In this document: piece after piece, positions 26,957 to 34,900 of the stretch
Layout: every line of letters starts with the position of its first letter
Position numbering within the stretch: the first letter of the stretch is position 1
Assembly (NCBI GenBank): GCA_964494795.1
Contig: CAZBSV010000005.1
Span: 12,842 to 76,841, forward strand
Source: an uncultured Spirochaetales bacterium
Lineage (GTDB): Bacteria; Myxococcota_A; UBA9160; SMWR01
Length of the DNA: 64,000 nt
Direction of reading: 5' to 3'
Made by a program: the position numbers and the translations under genes
Notes under the pieces: model-generated
Seen by the model: the letters and a program-made list of their open reading frames with translations, nothing else
The model's database searches: none
Told to the model about the DNA's origin: nothing

Positions 26957-27948
26957 CGGTCTATCTCCACAGCGTCGGGCATTTTCATCCCGAGAACGAG
27001 ATTTCGAATCAATTCCTCGAAGATCTCGACATCGGAACGAACGATCAGTGGATCATCGACCGCGTCGGCATCCGCTCACGGCGCACCGTGCTACCGCTCG
27101 ACTACATCCGCGAGACCCGGAATGCCGAACCGCGGGCCGCGATGGAAGCGGCTCTCTACAGCAACGCAGAGATCGGGAGACGGGCGGCAGAACTCGCGAT
27201 TGCGAGGGCTGGTATCGAGAAGAGCGACGTCGGCATGCTGATTGGCGGGACTTCGCTGATGGACACGACGTCACCCGCCGAGTCCTGCAACATCGCCCGC
27301 GCGCTGGAACTCGAAGTGCCCTCCTTCGACATCAATTCGGCCTGCACCAGCTTCTACGTGCAGCTCTATCTGCTTTCGAAGATGCAACCCGACCTGCTTC
27401 CCGACTACATCGTTCTCGTCGTTGCGGACTGCCTCACGAAGGCGGTCGACTATTCCGATCGCTCGGCCGCCGTGTTGTGGGGCGACGGTGCTGCTGCCGC
27501 CGTGGTTTCGACGAGGCATCCGGCGCGGGCTCGGATCGAGGGGAACACCATTGCGTCGAGCCCGGCGGGAAACGACAAGGTTGTCGTTCCGCGCCTCGGC
27601 TTCTTTCATCAGGAGGGGCGAACCGTCCAGACCTTCGGCATCAAGCGGATGACACGCCTGCTCAGCAGCTTGCGCGAGCAATTCGAGGAGCCCGACCGAA
27701 GATTCAACTTCGTCGGCCATCAGGCGAATCACCGCATGCTCGAGTCGGTCTGCAAGCACTGCGACATCCCCGCCGATCGCCACTTCAGCAATGTCGAATG
27801 GTTCGGGAATACCGCGAGCGCGAGTTCCGCGTCGGTCGTGTCGATGGAGTGGGAGAAGTGGCGCGACGGTGACGATGTGGCCGTCGTAGGCGTGGGCTCC
27901 GGTTTGACCTGGTCGAGCTACCTGATCCGATTCGGAGATCTTCTGTGA
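26953..27948 (+). CDS. 3-oxoacyl-ACP synthase III (FabH-like)
   Basis: GTG start overlaps the upstream stop (GTGA). Cys in INSACTSF, His in VGHQAN, Asn in FGNTASAS. Confidence 0.85.
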   Translation: MTVYLHSVGHFHPENEISNQFLEDLDIGTNDQWIIDRVGIRSRRTVLPLDYIRETRNAEPRAAMEAALYSNAEIGRRAAELAIARAGIEKSDVGMLIGGTSLMDTTSPAESCNIARALELEVPSFDINSACTSFYVQLYLLSKMQPDLLPDYIVLVVADCLTKAVDYSDRSAAVLWGDGAAAAVVSTRHPARARIEGNTIASSPAGNDKVVVPRLGFFHQEGRTVQTFGIKRMTRLLSSLREQFEEPDRRFNFVGHQANHRMLESVCKHCDIPADRHFSNVEWFGNTASASSASVVSMEWEKWRDGDDVAVVGVGSGLTWSSYLIRFGDLL

Positions 27949-28535
27949 CCTACGAGGAGTTCCGAGATCGCAAGAGTTTTTCGAAGCAAGAGATGCTCGC
28001 ATTCGCCCACGCAAATCTCTTCACTGACGCGCCTCCCGAGTTCAACGTACAACTTCCGGCACCGCCGATGTTGATGGTCGATCGGATTCTCGAAATCCGA
28101 AGCGACGGCCCCCGGGGCCGAATCGTCGCCGAGCGCGACGTGGCGATCGACGATTGGTTTTTCCAGTGTCATTTTCGCGGCGACCCCGTTCAGCCCGGCT
28201 GCCTCGGTGTCGACGGTGTCTGGCAACTGCTGGGATTCTTTTGCGCGTGGCGCGGCGGGCTTGGATCCGGCCGAGCACTGGGCTGCGGTGAGATCGAATT
28301 CTCGGGCCAGATCCGGCCGCACGACCGCTGCGTGCGCTACGAGATCGACGTTCGCCGTTTCACCAAGATTGCCCACGCCGGAGCCACACTGGTGATCGGT
28401 GATGCAACGCTGTTCGTCGACGACGAACCGATCTACGAGATCAAGCGAGCCAAGGTCGGCACCTTCCGAGACATCGCGTACTCCGATTATCCGATGGCCT
28501 CTGAGCGTTCTCGCGGCGGAAAGATGCAGCGATGA
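27945..28535 (+). CDS. fabA: 3-hydroxyacyl-ACP dehydratase / trans-2-decenoyl-ACP isomerase
   Basis: FFQCHFRGDPVQPGCLGVDGVWQLLGFF...GRALGCGEIEFSGQI closely parallels the E. coli FabA active-site region. Confidence 0.88.
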   Translation: MTYEEFRDRKSFSKQEMLAFAHANLFTDAPPEFNVQLPAPPMLMVDRILEIRSDGPRGRIVAERDVAIDDWFFQCHFRGDPVQPGCLGVDGVWQLLGFFCAWRGGLGSGRALGCGEIEFSGQIRPHDRCVRYEIDVRRFTKIAHAGATLVIGDATLFVDDEPIYEIKRAKVGTFRDIAYSDYPMASERSRGGKMQR

Positions 28536-28990
28536 GCGGAACTCGACTGACACCCAAGGAAGTCCTGGCGCTGATCCCGCAGCGGGAACCCTTTCGCTTC
28601 ATCGACGACATCCTCGAGCTCGACGATGATCACATCGTTGGCACCTATCGGTTTCGTCCCGATGCGGATTTCTATCGCGGTCACTTTCCCGGGAATCCGG
28701 TCACACCCGGAGTCATTCTGATCGAGTCGCTCGCACAGGTAGGCATCGTCGCGCTGGGCATCTATCTGCTCGCCCAGGAGAGTGAAGCCGATACCGCGAA
28801 GATGATGACCCTATTCACCGACACGAATGTCGAATTCGCCGGGATCGTGAACCCGGGCGACCGCGTGACCATCACCGCGGAGAAGGTGTTCTTTCGCCGG
28901 CGAAAATTGCGTTCGAGGGCCGAGATGAAGCTCGATGATGGAACGCTCGTTTGTTCGGGAACTGTTTCTGGAATGGGAATCTTCAAATGA
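28532..28990 (+). CDS. FabZ-like hotdog-fold 3-hydroxyacyl-ACP dehydratase
   Basis: IPQREPFRFIDDI...FYRGHFPGNPVTPGVILIESLAQ. Confidence 0.8.
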   Translation: MSGTRLTPKEVLALIPQREPFRFIDDILELDDDHIVGTYRFRPDADFYRGHFPGNPVTPGVILIESLAQVGIVALGIYLLAQESEADTAKMMTLFTDTNVEFAGIVNPGDRVTITAEKVFFRRRKLRSRAEMKLDDGTLVCSGTVSGMGIFK

Positions 28991-30264
28991 GTGCGCGGGT
29001 GGTGGTGACGGGGATCGGTGTGCTGGCACCGAATGGCAACAACGTCCGAGACTTCGAGCTCGCGCTCCGCAAGGGGCTCTCGGGTATTCGCGTTCAAGAG
29101 AAGATGGTCGAGAGCGGCTTCGGATCGCATGTCGCGGGTATTCCCGAGGGCATCGATGAACTCGCGGAGTCGTACTTTTCCGAGGATCTCCTGCTCGCGA
29201 TGAACTCTGGGCACCGATGCGCGGCGATTGCGGGAGTGGACGCCTGGACGGATGCCGGATTCGAGCGACCGGATTCCGCTGACGATCGCGTCGACTGGGA
29301 CACCGGAGCGGTGCTGGGCACTGGGATCGGCGGCATGGATACGATCGCCAATTCGGTCGTTCCGATGACGAACGCAAAGAACGTTCGTCGACTCGGAAGC
29401 GTCGCCGTCGAACAGGTGATGTCGAGCGGGGTCTCGGCGCGTCTATCTGGCATCCTTGCATTGGGCAATCAGGTCACCACGAATTCCAGCGCGTGCAGCA
29501 CCGGCAGTGAAGCGATCTCGATGGGCGTCGAACGGATCCGCCGCGGACTCGCCAAGCGGATGTTGTGCGGAGGCGCCGAGGGCGCGAGCCATTACACCTG
29601 GGCCGGCTTCGACGCGATGCGGGTGCTCTGCCGCCGTTTCAACGCTGCACCGGAGCGTGCATCGAGACCCATGAGCGCGACGGCGGCGGGCTTCGTCCCG
29701 AGCGCGGGCGCGGGCGTGCTCATGCTGGAGAGTCTCGAGAGTGCGCGGGAACGCGGAGCGCGAATCCTCGCCGAAGTGGCCGGCTCAGCGCTCAACTGCG
29801 GTGGCCACCGAGGAGGTGGCAGCATGACGGCGCCGAATCCCGACGGGGTGAGGCGCTGCATTCAGGCTGCACTCGCCGACGCGCGGGTTGCTCCCGAAGA
29901 AGTGGGCGCGATCAATGGGCATCTGACGGCGACGAGCGCGGACCCGAAGGAGGTTCATTCCTGGGCGGCCGCTCTCGGCTGCAGACCTGACGATCTGCCC
30001 CCGATCACATCGACCAAGTCGATGATTGGTCACGCCCTTGGCGCGGCTGGCGGAATCGAGGCGGTTGCTTGCGTGTTGATGCTCACTGGAGGATTCATAC
30101 ATCCTTCGATCAATTGCGAGGATGTGCACCCCGACATCGAGCCGTACGCGGCGTCGATTCCGCACACCGCCCTTCAGGCCCCGGACCTTCGAGTCGTGGT
30201 GAAGGCGGGTTTCGGTTTTGGGGATGTCAACGCATGTCTGGTGTTTCGAAAGTGGAACGAATAA
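28987..30264 (+). CDS. 3-oxoacyl-ACP synthase I/II (FabB/FabF type)
   Basis: ATG at 28987 (ATGA overlap) gives MSARVVVTGIGVLAPNG. Cys in SSACSTGSEAI, His in NGHLTATSA and KSMIGHALGAAG. Confidence 0.9.
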   Translation: MSARVVVTGIGVLAPNGNNVRDFELALRKGLSGIRVQEKMVESGFGSHVAGIPEGIDELAESYFSEDLLLAMNSGHRCAAIAGVDAWTDAGFERPDSADDRVDWDTGAVLGTGIGGMDTIANSVVPMTNAKNVRRLGSVAVEQVMSSGVSARLSGILALGNQVTTNSSACSTGSEAISMGVERIRRGLAKRMLCGGAEGASHYTWAGFDAMRVLCRRFNAAPERASRPMSATAAGFVPSAGAGVLMLESLESARERGARILAEVAGSALNCGGHRGGGSMTAPNPDGVRRCIQAALADARVAPEEVGAINGHLTATSADPKEVHSWAAALGCRPDDLPPITSTKSMIGHALGAAGGIEAVACVLMLTGGFIHPSINCEDVHPDIEPYAASIPHTALQAPDLRVVVKAGFGFGDVNACLVFRKWNE

Positions 30265-30359
30265 CTCCTCTCCGGGGTATCATGCTGTTCACCAGCTAGT
30301 TAGCCCGAGAGCATTCCGCGCCTGCGGGCGTTGCAAAGACACAAGAAAGGAGCCCTTCC

Positions 30360-30608
30360 GTGGATCAAACCGAGATCTTTGAGAAAGTCGTCAAGATTCT
30401 AACCCCCTATGTGAAGAACCAGGAGGCGCTCAAGGGCGTCTCGTTGAAGACCCATATCCTCGATGACCTGAAAGTGAACTCTGCCCGGCTGGTAGACGTC
30501 GTGCTCGAGTTCGAGGATGCGTTCGACATCGAGATCGATGACGACGACGTCGACAAGGTCGAGACCGTCGGAAATGCGGTCGAGTTGATCGAGGCGAAAA
30601 TCGGATAG
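30360..30608 (+). CDS. acyl carrier protein, atypical serine context
   Basis: AAGGAG at 30347-30352 precedes the GTG start. 82 aa and acidic. The phosphopantetheine site reads DLKVNSARLVD (NSA instead of DSL). Confidence 0.8.
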   Translation: MDQTEIFEKVVKILTPYVKNQEALKGVSLKTHILDDLKVNSARLVDVVLEFEDAFDIEIDDDDVDKVETVGNAVELIEAKIG

Positions 30609-31372
30609 TGGCGCTTCGGCCCATCGCCCCACTGTCGGCGGCTGTGCGCCGAAAGTTGGCGCTACAGCGCGAGATTTCGCGACTGCTGTCGCCCCTGACG
30701 ATTCCGCTGGTTGGGATCGCGCTGTGCGGTGTGCTGCGTTACCGCATCGAGAACCTCCGCGGCCTTCGACGCGAGTATCGCCGGATCTGCCTCGAGCGGG
30801 ACGGGCCGCTGATGATCTGCGCGAATCATCTCACGATGATCGACTCGCTCGTAATCGCGTGGGCGTTGGGATCTCCATGGTGGTATTTCCGACACTTCAG
30901 AACGCTGCCCTGGAACGTTCCGGAGCGGTCGATTTTTGCGGTGACGCGATTCGCGCGAATGGCGATCTACGCATTCAAGTGCGTTCCCGTGGAGCGCGGT
31001 GGCGATCGATCGGAAGTCACGCAAGTGCTGGCTCGCCTGGCGTATGCGGTCTCCAACTGCGAAGTGGCTCTGATCTTTCCCGAGGCGGGGCGGAGCCGAA
31101 CCGGACGTGTGGATCCGGATTTGGCGGCTTCGGGAGTCGGGCGGGTCTATCGAAGCGTTGCGGGTTGCAGGGTGCTCTGTGTGTATCTGAGAGGCGATCA
31201 CCAGGATGGTTATTCGGATCTGCCTGTGCGGGGCGAGCGTTTTCGCGGATCCGTTTCGGTCATCGAGCCCAAGACGAGCTGCCGAGGCCTCCGCGCTTCG
31301 CGGGACATTTCGCGGCAGATCGCGCAACGGCTCGCCGAGATGGAGCAGGAGTACGTTGATGCTCGGAAATGA
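30608..31372 (+). CDS. PlsC-family (lysophospholipid/glycerolipid) acyltransferase
   Basis: N-terminal TM. HX4D motif CANHLTMIDS. Motif III is IFPEAGRSRTG. Confidence 0.75.
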   Translation: MALRPIAPLSAAVRRKLALQREISRLLSPLTIPLVGIALCGVLRYRIENLRGLRREYRRICLERDGPLMICANHLTMIDSLVIAWALGSPWWYFRHFRTLPWNVPERSIFAVTRFARMAIYAFKCVPVERGGDRSEVTQVLARLAYAVSNCEVALIFPEAGRSRTGRVDPDLAASGVGRVYRSVAGCRVLCVYLRGDHQDGYSDLPVRGERFRGSVSVIEPKTSCRGLRASRDISRQIAQRLAEMEQEYVDARK

Positions 31373-31973
31373 CATCGTCGATCTCCGCGATCCTGAATCG
31401 TCGCTCGTGGCGTGCCACGCGCGTTTCGATCGGCGCGTGTTTTGCCCTGGGGAATTCGAAGCAATCTCGAGCGGCCACACGGACGTGCAGCGGCGCTGGA
31501 TCCTGTGGTCGGCAAAAGAGGCCGCCTTCAAGGCTGTGCGTCGGGAACACCCAGGGGCCGCGTTTTCTCCCGCGCGCTTCGTCGTCGATCTCGATCGCTC
31601 GCTCTGCGGATCGGTCCGATACGGAATTCACCGCTTGCCGGTGCGGATCCGGATCGACGGGGACTGCGTGCACGCGGTCGTGAGCGAAAATCAAGCTCAC
31701 ACCGGATTGTTTTGGGGCGCGCGTCGGCTGACGACGGCCGAACTTCGCGACTCGAGTCAAGCAGTTCGCCGGTTTGCGATCGCGTCGATTGCAGCCGAAC
31801 TGCGCCTTGCGATTTCGGATCTGCGGATCGAGAAGGCCCGCCGGATTCCCGAGTTGATCGTCTCCGGCGAGCGCGCACCCGTGGCGCTTTCGCTGTCACA
31901 CCATGGCTCGTACGCGGGTTTCGCGTGCCGCGATCCGCGCATCGACCAAGCCCGCCCGAGCGTTCTCCATTGA
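31359..31973 (+). CDS. 4'-phosphopantetheinyl transferase superfamily protein
   Basis: Internal ATG at 31359 gives MLGNDIVDL. WSAKEAAFKA motif. ~204 aa. Confidence 0.7.
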   Translation: MLGNDIVDLRDPESSLVACHARFDRRVFCPGEFEAISSGHTDVQRRWILWSAKEAAFKAVRREHPGAAFSPARFVVDLDRSLCGSVRYGIHRLPVRIRIDGDCVHAVVSENQAHTGLFWGARRLTTAELRDSSQAVRRFAIASIAAELRLAISDLRIEKARRIPELIVSGERAPVALSLSHHGSYAGFACRDPRIDQARPSVLH

Positions 31974-34900
31974 GTCTCGCTACCGCCATTCGCCGGCTCG
32001 CCATCCTCAATCGCGGGGAGGCGGCGATGCGCTGCATTCGCTCCGTCAAGGCGCTCAAGGCGCTCGAGGGTTCGGATCTCGAATCGATCGCGATCTACAC
32101 TGACGTCGATCGCGACGCGCCCTTCGTCCGCCACGCGGACCACGCCATTCGACTCGAGGCGCCCAACGGAGCGGTTGCCGCCTACCTCGACCACGATCGC
32201 TTGATCGATCTTCTCGTGCGCGCCGGTGCGGACGCCGTCTGGCCCGGCTGGGGGTTCGTCGCGGAAGACCCCATTTTCGTGGATCGAGTCAGCGCGCTGG
32301 GGATTCGATTCCTGGGGCCATCCGGGGATGTGATGCGCGCTCTCGGCGACAAGATCGACGCCAAGCGAATTGCCGAAGATGCGGGAATTCCGGTCGTGGC
32401 GTGGAGCGGTGGCGCTCTCGCAGACGAGAATGCCGCCGCGCGCTGCGCGGCGGAACTCGGCTACCCGGTGGCCGTCAAGGCCGCTGCGGGGGGTGGTGGT
32501 CGCGGTATCCGGATGGTGGAGTCGGAGTCCGAGCTCGCGGCCGCGTTCCGTTCGGCGGCCGCGGAGGCGAAGGCGGCTTTCGGCAGCGATCGCCTGTTCA
32601 TCGAACGCAAGCTTTCGCGCGGTCGGCACATCGAGGTCCAAATCGCCGCCGATGCGAAGGGTTCTGCAATGTCACTCGGATGTCGCGACTGTTCGGTGCA
32701 GCGTCGGCACCAGAAATTGATCGAGGAAGCTCCGCCTCCGAGACTCTCGCAGAAACTTCGCGATGAACTCGAGCAAGCCGCTGTTCGTCTGGTCGAATAC
32801 GTCGGGTACGTGGGCGTGGGAACCGTGGAATTCCTCGTCGTCGACCAGGCGTATTCGTTTCTCGAAGTGAATCCGCGTCTGCAGGTCGAGCATGGGATTA
32901 CCGAGGAGTTGACGGGAATCGATCTGGTGCAACTCCAGATTCGCATCGCGAGGGGAGAACCGCTGCCGGAGCTCCGAGATTCCGGAGGCTGGGTTGCGAT
33001 CGAAGCCCGCGTATGTGCAGAAGACCCCCAGGCGGACTTTCTTCCGACACCCGGCCGGATCGCGCTATTCGATCCCGCACTCGGGCTGCGACTGAGGGTC
33101 GACTCCGGAGTTTCCGCCGGATGCCGCGTGCCTGCGGAGTTCGATTCGCTGATCGCGAAGATCATCGCCACGGGTGAGACGCGTGAAGAGGCGCGCGCTC
33201 GACTCGTCTGTGCGCTCACGGATTTCGAGCTCGTGGTCGCGGGAGGGGCGAGCAACAAGGGTTATCTGATCGATATCCTCGAGACTCCTGAATACCGCAG
33301 GGGCGAGTTCGACACCCAGTGGTTGGATCGCACGCCCGAGCTTCGGTTGGGCTCCGACGCTCACGCCGTCGAGGCCCTGGTCGCCGCGTCAATCCTCGCC
33401 TACCAGCGCTCGCGCGACGCGGCGCGGCAGAAATTCTATGCGGACCCGGCGACGCTTTCGCCGACGTCGATCCCGCCTTCGACCGGCCAGCGGATCGATC
33501 TCACAGCCGGCGCGGAGAGTTACCGCCTCGAGGTTTTCGCGGTGGGCGCCTGGCGCTACCGGGTCCACCTCGACGGTCGCGTTGCCGTCGCGACGCTCAG
33601 CGATGAGCGCGAGAACTCCGCGATCCTCGAACTGGGCGGTCGAAACCTCCGCGTATTGCACGATGTGTCGGAGCGCGGCCTGCGGATCGAGATCGAGGCG
33701 CATCCCTACCGCTTCACGAGTGAACTCGCCGGCCAGGTTCGCTCGGGCACTCCCGCCGTCGTGATCGCTCTGCAGGTGGCGGTCGGAAACCCGGTGAAGG
33801 CGGGCCAATCTCTCGGCCTGCTCGAGGCGATGAAGAGCGAAATCGACTTCCGCGCTCCCATCAGTGGCGTCGTCAAAGAAATCTGTGTGCGAAGCGGGCA
33901 GCAGGTGAGCGCGGGAGAGCTGCTCTTGATCATCGAAGCCGAGACGCGTGAGGCATTCGAATCGCCGCTTCAAAAGCGTCTGATGCTGACACCCGAAGTG
34001 GATTCGCTGGATCTCTTCTTCTCCGACGAAGTTGGAGGTGAGATCGTCGTGCAGAATCTGAAAGTCGTCGAGCGAGCGGATGCGGCCGCTCGACGCGCTG
34101 CGATCGATGCTGCGCGAGGCGAGATTCGGCGCATCCTGATGGGTTATGACGTGAATCCCGCACGAGGCATGCGCCTCGTCGCGTTGCTCGAGTGCCCGCT
34201 ACCCGAGGGCCTCTCGGCTGGATTTTGCAGCGAGCTCGCCGAGATCCGTCACGAGTTGTCGATCTTCTCGGATGTCGAACAGCTCTTCGTGCGGGCTCCG
34301 CACGCGTCCGAGACCGGTGTGGTTGGCCCGTCGAATCACGCGCGCTTGCGGGCCTACATGCGAAGGATGGCTACCGAGGGTTCCGGGATGCCGGAAGCTT
34401 TCCTGGCGATCCTGCGTCGCGCGCTCGTCCACTATGGAATCAACGATCTCAAGGCTTGCGACAGTCTCGAGCGCGCAGTCCTGCGCATCGTGGCCAGCCA
34501 GTTGTCACCCGATCTGCGGCGGCGTCTCGTCTTGGAGATCCTGAAAAGAATTCACGCTCTCGCAGAATCAGGTGTTTCGCTCGGAGGCGACGAACGGCTC
34601 CGCGATTCCCTGTCTTGCATTTCGAGTCTGCGCGGTCTGGTGCCCGACGCGCTGGCCGATCGCGCGATCGAAGCCAGCTATACGATCTTCGAAGGTCCCG
34701 CCTTGGAGCGCCAAGCGGAGCAGACCACCCAGGAGGTGGAAAGCTGGCTCGCCGACGCCGAATTCGTGCCCAGCCAACCTCCCAGAGCGGTGTTGGTTCA
34801 TCTTGCCAACGCACCCCAGAACGTTTTTGATCGCGTCGGTCGTTGGCTGGCGGATTCGAATCCACTGCGCCGTTCGGTCGCCGTGGCGGCACATATCAGC

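Noticed and set aside
31412-31969. N-terminal 186 codons of track ORF 31412..37558
   Set aside because: This stretch overlaps the PPTase gene in another frame and is Arg/Ser/Pro-rich. Biotin carboxylase homology begins right after the in-frame TTG at 31970, which forms a TTGA overlap with the PPTase stop.
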